Virus record (IMG/VR): IMGVR_UViG_3300025689_000001
Span: 58,746-122,745 of that record
Length of the DNA stretch: 64,000 nt
Strand: one strand, 5' to 3'
From: a virus
Taxonomy: Duplodnaviria > Caudoviricetes
Position 1 is the stretch's first letter. Each line of letters opens with the position of its first letter. Both the position numbers and the translations under genes were made by a program. Below, one piece after another: positions 24,811 through 36,428 of this stretch. The notes below the pieces were generated by a model. That model was not told the origin of the DNA. It saw nothing but the letters and a program-made list of their open reading frames with translations, and did no database searches.

Positions 24811-26333
24811 TATCTATTACCTCCTTTGTGTTTTAATAAAAGTGCGATAACGCCAGAGTCAGTATTCTTTGCGTTATTCTTGAAGATTAAGTCAGGCTTA
24901 TCTTCCTCTCCCTTACCGGAGATAATAGAAGAATCAGTATTGTAAGCAGCAAAGCATACTTCCTTCTTGAAGTCTTCAACAGAATAATCATCCATCTTAG
25001 CGTTGAAATCAGCTGTCTGCTCCTCTGTGAGATGCTCAGCAAATTCGGCAATAATAGCGTTCTTCTTTTCTGTATCAACAGACTTCTTGAAGCTTTCAAG
25101 CTCTGACTTTTCATTATTAAGGTCGCTAATTGAGCTATTTAATCTACTAATTTCGGCATCCTTTGCCTCAAGCTGAGATTTAAACTCATCAAGCTGTGAC
25201 TGAAGTTCTGCGCTGTTGTCAAGAGAATTCTTAGACTTATCGTCATCCTTCTTGTCATCATCGTCATCCTTCTTGTCGTCATCCTTCTTATCATCGTCGT
25301 CCTTCTTGTCATCATCCTTCTTGAATGCCTCAATCTGAGCGAGCGCATCATCAAGGCTTGCCTGAAGGGCTTCCTTATCAGCTGTGAACTCTGCAACCTT
25401 TGCATCGTAAGACTCAATCTTAGCCTGAGCGTCAGCAAATGAACCTGCAGCCTTCATAGCATTAAGAGCTGTCATTTCAGCTTCTGTTACATCAACGATG
25501 TAGCAATCTTCAACTCTGTCAATTGCAACAGTATTAGCTTCATTATCCTTTGTGTAGTAAGCACGAATATACTTGTTATTAACAGCGTCATATGCAATTG
25601 CATAGTCATCATAAATGTCGCAAATAATCTTATAATCTTCTGGTGTGCTGTTAAGTGCATCAAACAAGAGCTCGCACTTCGCGCCATCAGAAAGTCTAAA
25701 GAGATTTTTCTCCATCTTTTTGCTCTCCTCCTTTTCCTTAGAATTTTTTAAGTAATCAAACATTGCTTTAGCATCCTTATATAAACTAAAGAATGCAGAA
25801 CCTTCGAAGCAGGGTTCGACCTCATCTCCGAGCACCTGTAGACCTAGCAGATGTCCTTTCTGGAACTCGAAGTAAGGTTCTCCATCACTCCAAATCTTCC
25901 ACTCTCCTTCAAGTCCTTTTTTATGGATTTCCATAGACTGTGACTTTCCGGGGATAAGGTTTGCTTCTGGATAGAGAGCGGTGTAGAGATAAACATCTGC
26001 ACAAGCATACTCTCTTTCAACCCCATCATCATCTACATGCTTCTCCCAAGCAAAGTTAGGGTCCTCAGGAACCACACCATAAATGCGTCCGTCAGTATTA
26101 TCTCCGCCGTGGTCCTCATAATCAAGACCGTCTTTGTCAAAAATACCTTTAATTGGCGCATATGGTAAAGACTCAATCAATTGTTTTGCGAAGTCTTCCG
26201 ATATAAATGTACGGTTTCTATTGAGTCCCCTATAAAAAATGCGTAATCTGCATTTAGAAAGAGTGGGAGAAAGAGTTTCAACATCGCCAAAAAGCGTAAC
26301 ATTGAATTTAAGTAAACTCTCATCAAGCTTCAT
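24810..26333 (-). CDS. Prohead protease/scaffold protein
   Basis: N-terminal protease-like region (NRNRTFI...DYEDHG...QSMEI...VEPCFEGS) plus a coiled-coil C-terminus with KKDDD repeats. Confidence 0.75.
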   Translation of the reverse strand: MKLDESLLKFNVTLFGDVETLSPTLSKCRLRIFYRGLNRNRTFISEDFAKQLIESLPYAPIKGIFDKDGLDYEDHGGDNTDGRIYGVVPEDPNFAWEKHVDDDGVEREYACADVYLYTALYPEANLIPGKSQSMEIHKKGLEGEWKIWSDGEPYFEFQKGHLLGLQVLGDEVEPCFEGSAFFSLYKDAKAMFDYLKNSKEKEESKKMEKNLFRLSDGAKCELLFDALNSTPEDYKIICDIYDDYAIAYDAVNNKYIRAYYTKDNEANTVAIDRVEDCYIVDVTEAEMTALNAMKAAGSFADAQAKIESYDAKVAEFTADKEALQASLDDALAQIEAFKKDDDKKDDDDKKDDDKKDDDDDKKDDDKSKNSLDNSAELQSQLDEFKSQLEAKDAEISRLNSSISDLNNEKSELESFKKSVDTEKKNAIIAEFAEHLTEEQTADFNAKMDDYSVEDFKKEVCFAAYNTDSSIISGKGEEDKPDLIFKNNAKNTDSGVIALLLKHKGGNR

Positions 26334-27925
26334 TATTTATCCTCACCTCCATCACTCTTTTTTTCTGCAGAACTATCATCTTCCTTTGCCTTGTCTGAGG
26401 ATTCTTTTTTCTCTTTCTGTTCCTCGTCTTTTTTAGCAGTAGTAGAGTCATTAGAGTTTTGGCTGTCTTTTCCAGCCTAAGCAGTAATAGCATTAGTCTT
26501 GCCAGATTGAGTATATGCTGACTGGAGCGGCTTAAGTACTTCATCCAAATCGAGAACTTCATTCTCCAAAGCCTTAAGGTCTGCAAGATTAGTCTAATTA
26601 AGTCCTGTTGACAAAATAGGTGTCAAGAAGCTGTAACCAAATGCTGCAAGGTCCTTAGCCTTTGAAGTGTACTCAAAGCTATTGTAATAGCTGACTGGTA
26701 GTACTAATAGCATGAATGATAACTTTCGGTTACCAAATTTATTATTTAACAAGGCAGTAAAGAAGTGTGCAAATCCATTGCCAAGAACCATCATCATAGA
26801 CAGGTCATTGTTCAATGAGAACTAAATACCTGCATCAGTTGTGGCACTGAACAGTTCCTTCGATACGCCTGCAGAATCGTATATTAATTGCTGGGCGGCG
26901 GCAACATCGGTATTTTCCATATTGTTTCCGCTTAAATCAAGCAAACCAACTTTACCATAAGAAGTAACTACGTCGGCGTCTGGATTATCTGCTAACATCT
27001 CCAGAACACCGTCATGCATCTCTGCGGCTTCGTCTGGTTCAAATACAAGCTACATTCCATCGTGTGGAATTTCTTGTGTGATAATTCTCTTTAATCCTAA
27101 CTATTTTCTATCCTTATCAATTGCCTTATAATCCTCTAAATCATCGATAAGAGGAATTAAATCAAGAAAGAATGGAACTTCGTCAAACAATGTGAAATAG
27201 ATACCAAGTTCAGCAGGTAAGAAAATCCAAGGTTCTTTACCATTCTTGAAAGCACGATAGCCTTTCTGAACACACTTAGGATAAGTTTTAAGAATCTGCT
27301 TTCTTAACTCTTCGTCACGAATTGTGTCAAAGAAACGCATATCAAATTCAACAATATCAACATCTTGGTGATTCTTATATCTACTACGACAATACTCAAA
27401 AGGCAGGTCCTGAATAGCTACATCAGTACCGCTGTCATGAATAATACCATAATAGCCGCCATCCACAAGAACATTCTTTGCAAACCAAGCACATTTTCTT
27501 TCAATATCAAAAGAAGAACAAAAATCGGCTGCATCGAAATAAACTTTCTTGTTCTGCTTGTTACCAAGCTTCTCAGTATACTTTTTCATATGAGGGACTA
27601 AAATCCAGGAATAGGTAAGGAAAGTAGCATAGTGGAGAATAACTCGTTTATAAACACCGCTTACTTTGAAGAAATATTGAGATAGCTGACATTTTTCAAC
27701 GGAATTTCCTTCAGTAACAATACGATGAATTTCATCTTTACTAAAGTCTCTTCTAATTCTATTTGCAGAAGGCTCACGGTTATTAGACTTAATCAACGCG
27801 GCTTTGCTTTTAGCTATCATATTCTCAATTTCTTTTCTGAAAGTATCAACTCTCTGCTCACGCAGTTTGCGATATTCTTCAGCAGTAATTGTAGGAATTG
27901 TTGCTCCAACTTTAACTTCACTCAC
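26333..27925 (-). CDS. Portal protein (TAG-recoded)
   Basis: Fragments 27101-27925, 26822-27019 and 26594-26815 are in frame and continue to TAA 26333; lies directly after the terminase. Confidence 0.8.
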
Positions 27926-29724
27926 TTTCTTCCACCTCCCTTACTACAGAATGTCAATCGTCTCGTTAAACCACGATTACGGCGGCGAGCCAATTGCTGA
28001 TTTTCAATCTACACAACTCTATAAACTCCCATTTCCAAAGCTGAGAATTTATCCTTAAGTGTTCTCTCATTAATTTGTTCAACGGCAATTTGGTTATTAA
28101 TACCAGTAGGCTTAATCTTCAAGTTCATAATCTCATTCATAAGACTTGAAGTTAAGATATGTGGCATCAATCTTGCGTTCTGTGCTTCTGGACTCATTCT
28201 CTAACCCTTACGAGTTGAAAGAAGTTTTGTTCTTGCAGACTGCTCTGAAATTAAAAATTTCATATGACCAGAATAAATCTTTGAATATAAAGCAGAGTGC
28301 ATATCACTGTTGATTTGTCCATTAGCCTTGATACCAAAAAGAATTTTGACCGCATTACGAGGCTGAACTGTAAGATATTTAGACTCTTCATTAAAGAAAC
28401 CATAAGCAGGACGAGTAACCTAATACTCTTCATCCCAAGTCTCCTTAATCATGTTATCTGCAAAAGCAACACCAAGTCCGTTAATATCGATTACAACCTC
28501 TTTAGGGTTGAACCTTTCAATAAGTCTCTTAAGCTCAATTACCTAACGGTCAAATACTTTCTCTTCTACTGTTTTACCAAGAACAAATAAATTAACAAGA
28601 TTTATCTTATATCCTTCACTATTGTTAGGAAATACTTTAAGGACTGTAGCGACAGTCTAACAACCAATTCTCGCTACATCCACACTGATAATGTAGAAAG
28701 ATTCGATACCTTCTCTAACTTTTTCTGATGTTTCCGGATTGATAAGTCGTCTTGCGCGAGCAAGCTTCTCAAAATCAAACCAAGCATCTGCGGAGCCGCC
28801 GACGAACCTCGACATATACTCCTTAGCAAAGCCAAGTTCATTAAAAGTAGGCGACATTTTCAATTCAGTCAGATAGTCTTTAGAAAGAAGTCCAGTTAAA
28901 ACTGGGATTCTGTAGTCGAAGCCCCAAACGAAAGTTTCCTTTGGGTTAATAATCTATTGTTCAAACAATTCAATAGTCTTATCATAGCAGAAAGTATTTT
29001 TCTCACTTGCAGAAGTAATCCACAGCTGTACCTGCTGTGGTTCATTTTCATTCAAATCTCCGTTAACCATAGGACGGTCAACGTTCAAAAGTGGTAATAT
29101 AATTTCATTAATATCTTCAGCCAAATGGTCACGGAACTCATCGAGAATACCACAAGTAGCACGGTTACCACGAGTTGAGTTCAGTGGCGTCATAACGTCG
29201 AAAAGTGAACCATTTTTAAAAGTAAGTCTTACATAGTCATTACCAAAGTTACCGCCACCAATGATTTCATCTTTCAAAAGTGGGAAGAAATCCCAAAGCT
29301 GATGAATCTTCTGATTGGCGATTTTAGCACCCTGAGCTTTACCAGGAGCGCACTGGAAAACGTGTGAACCAGGACGGAAAATACAAATCAAGTAAAGCGC
29401 AAGAATACAAATAAATGATTTACCGGCGGCACGAGGAGCAATAGTCAATACACGTCCATATCTCAAACATGCTCTGATAAACATTACTTGGAAGAATTTT
29501 AACTTAAACTTAGAATGTACAGGTTTAATCAATTCAAGATAAAGGTCTGGATAAGAAGCAAATAAATTCAAATACTGCTCATATAATTTAATATTTTTCT
29601 GAATACGTTTTTCAGTGATAACTGCGCCTTTCTCAAGCGCCACGCCATTACGGTAGAAAGTCTCACCCTTACTTAATACCTTTGACGTGGCGGCAAGCAT
29701 GGCTGACGGTAATATAATACTCAT
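27922..29724 (-). CDS. terL: Terminase large subunit (TAG-recoded)
   Basis: Walker A APRAAGKS, Walker B GILDE, coupling motif ITSA, nuclease motifs SVDVAR and KDKFSALEMG; fragments joined across TAGs. Confidence 0.93.
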
Positions 29725-29733
29725 ACTACCACC

Positions 29734-30654
29734 TTAAATCTCAACATTAAACTCTTCATTTTCATCGACAGAGTTAGCGAATTCATCATACTCGCCCCAG
29801 TCGAATCCTGAGTTCGTAAGTTTATCAGCAGCCTTCAAATTCTCAATTCTTTCATTAATCTCTTCACCGATAGAAGTCTCATTAATATAAAGATAACGTG
29901 ACCAATACTGAATATCCTTCATAGTCTTGTCAACTTCATCGTTGACCGCACCATTGTAATACTAAACCTTATATCCAAGTTTTTCAAGATAAGCCCAAAG
30001 TTCACCAGTAGAGTTGAACTCTGAACCTTCTTTAATTGCCTGAGTAGTAATACCAGCAAGTTTACACAAGTTCTCATAAGCCTTCAAATCTTTATCGAAT
30101 TCAACTCCGCCGCGGATTTTGTCCTCAATAATTAACGATATCTTGCAAAGTTTAAGGACTTGGTCCTCATTCAAAGCACCAACAATGCCGGCAGTATTAG
30201 TAATACCTACATACAAATTCTCAAGGTACTCCAATTGCTACTCATCATATTCTGGACCCCATCTTCTCTGGAGCTTTGTAACTCTTGCTTCCTTCAATTC
30301 CGGCAATCCATCTTCTACACGTTTTTCTTCCTGAAGCTGTAAATACGCATCGTTATACATCGTCCAATCGAGCGTATTATAAGGCTTCTCTCTGAACATA
30401 TAACAATATGTTCCAAAAGCATCAGTTCCATGAGCTTTGTAAATTTTCTCAAACTCTTCTGGAACAAAAGGAACATCAGCAAGCTGACACAGCTTATTAA
30501 CCGTATTCCATCTCTCTGTTTCCGACTTACCACTAATTTCATTCGCAATGCACTGGCGGCAAATCGGCATAGAACCATTAAGAAGTTTTGACCTTACACC
30601 AATGAAATTGGCAGGGCTCTTTTCTTCTTTACATAGCAAACATTTCTTTGCCAT
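29734..30654 (-). CDS. Zn-finger protein, possible terminase small subunit (TAG-recoded)
   Basis: Three in-frame fragments; CLLC...CRQC; immediately upstream of terL. Confidence 0.55.
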
Positions 30655-30688
30655 TTTTCCTCACCTCTTAATTTTGAGGTGAACTATT

Positions 30689-30955
30689 CTATTCCTTTAC
30701 TCTATAAAATTCATCATTATTTTTCTTAATCTCTTTTGCCAACTTTAAAATCTCTCTTCTTTCTTTTCTACCTAAAGCGGAATAGAACTCAACCGTAGTA
30801 ATAATCAATTCTTCCCAATCCTCATTAAGAATTGCTTTCTTAATAGTCTCTGGGTCAACTTTAACAATCTTAGCAAAACCAAGTATATCCTTAACTTCAA
30901 ACGAAGTAAAACACTTCATCAATTTTGCTTCATAACTATTTCCCAATCCCATCAA
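30689..30955 (-). CDS. Hypothetical protein
   Basis: ORF with SD GAGGTGAG. Confidence 0.6.
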   Translation of the reverse strand: MMGLGNSYEAKLMKCFTSFEVKDILGFAKIVKVDPETIKKAILNEDWEELIITTVEFYSALGRKERREILKLAKEIKKNNDEFYRVKE

Positions 30956-30958
30956 ATC

Positions 30959-31471
30959 TCACCTCACATACTCCCAGTGATAACCATGGGTGGCTTTATA
31001 AATACCTTTGCAAGTTTTTGCAATTGCAGAATCATCCAAGCCCGTTGCTCTTGCTGCTTCACGGATAGATGGATAAATAATTTGCGTTTCAAGACATTTT
31101 ACTGGGACACTTTTCTTAATATCGTTTCTTTGTTTATTAGAAACTTTTTTATTTCTATTTCCATAATTACAATTATCTTTATGAATCATCCATTCTAAAT
31201 TATCAATTCTATTATTTGTTTTGTTTTCATCTTTATGATTTACGTCATAATTATTCATATCATCAATTGGATTAAATGTTTCCATTACAAGTCTATGTAT
31301 ATGTTTCGTTTTTACTTCGCCGCGTAAATGAAGTGTAACCTACAAATATCCTTTGGAAAGAGATAATTTTAATATTTTTTCTCTATTAAAATATAAACTC
31401 TTAACTCTACCAAAACTACTAATTTGATAGAAACCTTCATAACCCTTTATATCTTTCCATTCTTCTGTCAT
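30959..31471 (-). CDS. NUMOD4-HNH-NUMOD1 homing endonuclease
   Basis: MTEEWKDIKGYEGFYQISSFGRVKS (NUMOD4), GYL[TAG]VTL, HRLV...VNHKDENKTNNRIDNLEW (HNH), YPSIREAARATG (NUMOD1). Confidence 0.9.
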
Positions 31472-32688
31472 TAAATTTCACCACGTCGTTTTTTTTGGTC
31501 ACATCTTTTGCAGCGGTTCGTAAGCCCGTCAGGGGCTTTAGATTTTCTTACAAAATTACGCGGGTCACGCAATAAAATTTCATTACAGCAGTTGCACTTT
31601 TTCCACGCAGGCTTATAATCCTTGCAACACCATTCATCATAATTAAGGTCGGCGGCATCGCAAATTAGCTGACAAACTTTGTTCCAAATAGTCGAAATAT
31701 AATTCTCCTAATGATAAATCCCCATTTTATCCATCAGGAGCTAACAAATCTCCTTATTCAACATATTATGCTTCTTCGCCTCAGTAATCAGCTTCTATTG
31801 TTCACTCAAATTCGCTTTTTCAATATAGAAGTCAAGCGTCCATAACAAATTATTAAGCGGCGAATCAGGATTCTTCTCAGCCTAATCCTTAATCTAATAA
31901 TAATTCAAACATAACTAATAAACATGCTCTTTATCTAAAAAACTAAAATAGGGCTTTCCTTTTTTCTTAAGCTCCTCAATTTCTTTCTCGATGTCCCTCG
32001 CGGCGAATTGACGCCCACTTCTATCCGGGTGCATGAAACCACTATCATGCTCATAGCTCATCATCCCACACGGGTAAACCGGATAATTCATCTCCGAGTC
32101 AATTGGACTTGAATAAAAGCTACCGTAATTCTTGTTCGCCACCTACTCTGGATGAGCTGAATCCTTCAACATGTACTGTTGCTTCCTCAACTCAATAAGC
32201 TAATGGTTTAAGTGGTAAATCTGTTTGGAATCAAGCTGTGGGACAACTTCGCCGCGTTCCGGCTGAATTTCTCCCTTAGCAAGCTTAAGTCGTCTGTCGA
32301 GCTAATCAATAGCCTCCCAAAGCTCCTTCATACCAGGAATATCCTTATATTTTTCTCTGTTCTAACTAATCGATTCGGGTTTAACTTTCTTATAAATGTT
32401 TTTCTCTTTAGTAAAAATAGTTTCGTCAAATGTTGGACTTTCCATCAATGCTTCCAAAGAAACTGGTTCTGATTGGCTATACGAATTATAACGGGTTTTA
32501 ATGTAGACTTCTTTTCGGTCGACAACTGATGTGTTGTTTTTCTCAGGGTCTTTACCATATAAAACGTAATCTGTACAAGTCTCAATGTCTTTCTTGGTAA
32601 GTTGTGTAAAGTCAACAGTATCCTTGAGGTACTAAAGTCTTTCTTGGGAGGTTTCAAGATTAAAGTCAAGTTTAAATCTCATAGGCAT
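31471..32688 (-). CDS. Hypothetical regulator with C-terminal HTH-like segment and Zn finger (TAG-rich)
   Basis: ATG 32688 read through several TAGs to TAA 31471; LSEQQKLI...NKEICQLL...ENYISTIW and CNCC...RCKRC. Confidence 0.6.
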
Positions 32689-32711
32689 TTTCTACCTCAC
32701 CTCCATTGATT

Positions 32712-32742
32712 AAATTATAACACAGATTTGAGAGAAAGTCAA
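32712..32742 (-). promoter_or_regulatory. SigmaA-like promoter upstream of the morphogenesis module
   Basis: Minus strand TTGACT-N17-TATAAT. Confidence 0.6.
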
Positions 32743-33116
32743 GCAGAGGGGTCCTGTTCTCGGAGATTTAGGGGTGTCTGTCCGGGAGGGGACATGTCGA
32801 AAAATTTGCTCCATGAAAATTTGAGAGCAGGGGGTGCGGCTGATTATACTTTTGGTATAATTCAATTCTATGATACCCCCCGTCAGCCGCCGAAATTATA
32901 CAGACTGTATACCGCCACAAGCCTGTGGAGTTCGTCAAGCTGCACAAAAAGCAAGAGTTTTCAACACTATTTTTTTACACTGGAACGGCGAAAAATTATT
33001 AAAAACCTATTGACATTTGCTGTATATTGTGCTATAATATAGATACAGTCAAGGGAACGGCTGAGACGTCAAGCGGTTCACGACTGATAATATTTATTGA
33101 ATGGAGCGTGTTTTTT

Positions 33117-33626
33117 ATGACATTTGCAAACAAAATGTATCTTTACAAGTATTTCAAAGCTGTGGGAGCGGACGTTGTGGCTCTAGGTTTCCCTCTTTGC
33201 GGTTCTCACGATGTAGCGGTTATTCTGCTTTCAAAGTCCGACTTCATCGCTATTTCAGACGGTTACTTTGAAAAGCTGTCACCTGCTTGTAAGGACTTTA
33301 TGCGTCACGTTATCAAGTCCAAAAAGACCGACAATCATTTCCGCTTTAGCTTTAAGGCTAAAGACCTGCAATTCCTTGCAATCAGTGAGGGCAATACAAA
33401 CCTTGAACCTGTTTGCTCCGCTGATAGGTTTGAAGAAATCAAGACCGAAAATGCGGAGTTCCTGCATCAGAAAAACGCTGGATATGCTCTTGAAAGAGTT
33501 GTCTATGAAATGTTCGGTAGGGAGTGGAGTTGGAAGCATAAGGGCTGTGACCTGCAAGGCGTGGAACTGAATGGTGAGACTGTGAACATTGAAATCAAGT
33601 GGTTCAACGGTCAGGCAAAGAAGTGA
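33117..33626 (+). CDS. Hypothetical protein
   Basis: Preceded by TTGACA...TATAAT (33010-33038) and a GGAG SD. Confidence 0.7.
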   Translation: MTFANKMYLYKYFKAVGADVVALGFPLCGSHDVAVILLSKSDFIAISDGYFEKLSPACKDFMRHVIKSKKTDNHFRFSFKAKDLQFLAISEGNTNLEPVCSADRFEEIKTENAEFLHQKNAGYALERVVYEMFGREWSWKHKGCDLQGVELNGETVNIEIKWFNGQAKK

Positions 33627-33709
33627 GACAAGAGGTCAAGCAAGAGCCGAAAGGCTCTTGCAAGACCAGATCGAATAAGCTAACTGAATTAACGAAAGGA
33701 TTTGATTTA

Positions 33710-33952
33710 ATGAAAAATTTAACAATGGTGGAACTTATGCTCATGTGCCTTACTCCGCAGTTAGAAGTTGATAATGCTTGTCAGTATGTCAAGGCAGTAT
33801 GTGAGATAGTAAACCGCACAGAACGTCTGACAAGAGAACAGCGGAATGTTATTAAGGGCTTTTTAGAAGAATGTCAGATGTGGCACAGCACAAAAGACAA
33901 GATGTGGCTTGAATCGGCAATAGACCATTTGAACACATATATAAACGCATAA
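33710..33952 (+). CDS. Hypothetical protein
   Basis: SD GAAAGGA; followed by a hairpin terminator. Confidence 0.65.
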   Translation: MKNLTMVELMLMCLTPQLEVDNACQYVKAVCEIVNRTERLTREQRNVIKGFLEECQMWHSTKDKMWLESAIDHLNTYINA

Positions 33953-34045
33953 AGGGAAGCGGTCGAAAGACCGCTTTCTCTTAACATTTTGTTCCCACAC
34001 CACACCAACAAGTAAATCAATTAACTTAAAGAAAGAGGTATCATT

Positions 34046-34588
34046 ATGAATATGGTTAAATTAAACAACAAGCTCACAGCACAGGTTATCAGCTTTACGG
34101 AGGTTATGCAGTCATATCAGGGAATAGAACAGGCAAACAGTTTTTACACATATCACAGAGAGAATGGAGCAGAAGTCCTTGATATTGACTTTAGACTAAA
34201 GGTCAATGACAATGGTCTGATAGTATCAATCAATAAGAGTTATGACAGAGACGCTATTTCAGGCGGTCACTACACAGAGGACACACAGACAGAAGTTGAT
34301 ATAAACGCCCTTGAAACGTGGTTAGAAGATAACGGTATATATAGCAAACAGGCTCACAGCATAGCAAACAGGCTTTTTAATACAGTTCTTTGTATTGCAA
34401 TGTGGGAAGCAATGGAAACTGAATTTTATACAGCACTTTACACTGAATATCAAAAATGTTCGTGTGAAACTGAAACGGCGGTTAAAATCTTACTTGAAAA
34501 GTTAACTGATTTTACAGACCGCTACTATGTGCAAAAAGTTTGGTTAGAAATTCAGAAAAATGAAGAAGGAATAAACAAACTTTTCTGA
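34046..34588 (+). CDS. Hypothetical protein
   Basis: SD AGAGG; followed by a hairpin terminator. Confidence 0.7.
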   Translation: MNMVKLNNKLTAQVISFTEVMQSYQGIEQANSFYTYHRENGAEVLDIDFRLKVNDNGLIVSINKSYDRDAISGGHYTEDTQTEVDINALETWLEDNGIYSKQAHSIANRLFNTVLCIAMWEAMETEFYTALYTEYQKCSCETETAVKILLEKLTDFTDRYYVQKVWLEIQKNEEGINKLF

Positions 34589-35280
34589 AAAATCGGGAAC
34601 GGGATTGATAAAAAATCCCGTTCCTTTTTGTTTAGTCATACCCCGAACGGTGAAAAGTTATGAACAAAATGTGAATAAAGTTTTTTCATTTTACCAAACA
34701 ATAACGGTGAAAAGTTGTGAACAAAATATGAACAAACATACCCCATTTCGTTCATAGTTTGTTCATAAATTCTCACCGTTATAACGGTGAAAAGTTGTTA
34801 CGAAATTATGAATAAGTTAAAACTTTTTCCACTTTCACACGCTAAAGTGCTAAACCCCTAAAGTGGTAAAGCGTTAAAGTGTACCCGCTTTAGCACGTTA
34901 AAGTGCTAAAATGTTTTTCCCACTTTACAGCGTTAAAGCGAGCTGTGACCTGCAAGCTGTGACCTGTTAGCCACCCCTAACCTGTAAATCTTTAGCTGAG
35001 TTTGCGACCTGCTCCGAGCTGCTCCTGCTCCGTTATTTTGAACAGTTCCACCTCATTTATTATAAATGTTTTTGTGGATTTTGCACAACAATATATTATT
35101 ATATATATCTATATATAAATGTATAATACCCGTTGTGCATATTGTATATAAATCTATTTGCAATTTCTATTTCTTTGTGTAATATGTAGAAAAATGTTAT
35201 TATGACTTGACAAACCCCTTTTGATGTGATATAATATATATAGTAAAGGGGATAAACCCCTAAAGAAAGGACTTGATTAA

Positions 35281-35421
35281 ATGAAAAAGGTTAAATGGTA
35301 TCGCTACACATTCGCAGACGGTTGTGTCTCTATTGTAAGAGGTTACAGCAGACACGAACTCTCTATTATGGAGCGTGACCACGGCAAACTCATTTCCAAA
35401 GTGTTCGAGGGGTGGGCATAA
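35281..35421 (+). CDS. Small hypothetical protein (46 aa)
   Basis: Promoter TTGACA...TATAAT, SD GAAAGGA, MKKVKWYRYTFADGC... Confidence 0.6.
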   Translation: MKKVKWYRYTFADGCVSIVRGYSRHELSIMERDHGKLISKVFEGWA

Positions 35422-35599
35422 TGGACGGCAGAAAATGGTTGGGGTGGTGGATAGTCACCACTCCACAGGGCAAAGAGTACGCAACGGAATACTATGAGGG
35501 CGACACATACGACGAGGCTTAGCCGATGCAGTCGCCACATTTGGAGAGGGAACGACAGTCAAAAGTGGGCCGCCGTTCGCAAGTATCAAGGGTGATTAA
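35421..35599 (+). pseudogene. Small gene with an apparent 1-nt frameshift near 35520
   Basis: MDGRKWLGWW...YDEA then TAG; adding one T gives ...EALADAVATFGEGTTVKSGPPFASIKGD-TAA ending at the terminator. Confidence 0.4.
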
Positions 35600-35862
35600 G
35601 TTCACCCTTTTTACTTATTCATATTTCGTTCACATATTCTTACCGTTATAACGGAAAAGAAATATGAACAGACTATGAACACTCATTCGTCAGGTTGCAC
35701 AATTTCGCCGCCAGATTGTTGATAATCTTTTACACTCATAGGTATTGACATTTATATTATATTGTGGTATAATGGTTATAGTAAAGGAAAGGGAAAGGAA
35801 CGTAAACACACCGTTGAAGCAGTTCGCCTTTACATTATATAATGAATAGGAGTTGTTTATTT

Positions 35863-36108
35863 ATGAACGCAATCACACAGGACATTCTTAATATCAAGGT
35901 GGAGAACATCAACTACGCACTCGGTCTTACTTCTAACAAGTATTTCATTCAGAAAGCATACGGCGGCTATCGTCTGTGCAAGACAACAAACAGTGCAGGC
36001 GGTTGTGCAGACATTACAGAGCGTATGACCAAAAAGGAACTTGCAAAAGTTCTTGACGGTATTTATAATACCATTCGTGCAAGTGGACTTATGGCAACAG
36101 AAAAATGA
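35863..36108 (+). CDS. Hypothetical protein
   Basis: Own promoter, SD and terminator. Confidence 0.7.
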   Translation: MNAITQDILNIKVENINYALGLTSNKYFIQKAYGGYRLCKTTNSAGGCADITERMTKKELAKVLDGIYNTIRASGLMATEK

Positions 36109-36428
36109 CATCTTCAAAACACACTTCATTATAAAGACGGACGGCGGCAATAGTCGCCGTCTGTCGTTTACATTTTGTTCATAATTTCTCACCGTTATAA
36201 CGGAAAAAACTTATTACGAAATTATGAACAAAGTGTTAAAAAAGTTTTTTTATTTTACAAATAAAAGTCTACCCACGTTTAGAAACTTTGCACAAATAAA
36301 AGTTACCGTGCCACAGGATTTTGTGCATTCATACAAAAATATTTCTACCCTATTGACAAATACCCATTATGTAGTATAATAATAGTATCAAAGGGATACA
36401 CTCCCCCAACTGAAAGGACTTGATTTTG

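Noticed and set aside
25235-25325. KKDDD repeat as a separate element
   Set aside because: It is an in-frame low-complexity linker within the scaffold protein.
1-32688. Fragmented structural genes as pseudogenes of a decayed prophage
   Set aside because: The breaks are in-frame TAG with no frameshifts, and CUA tRNAs are present.
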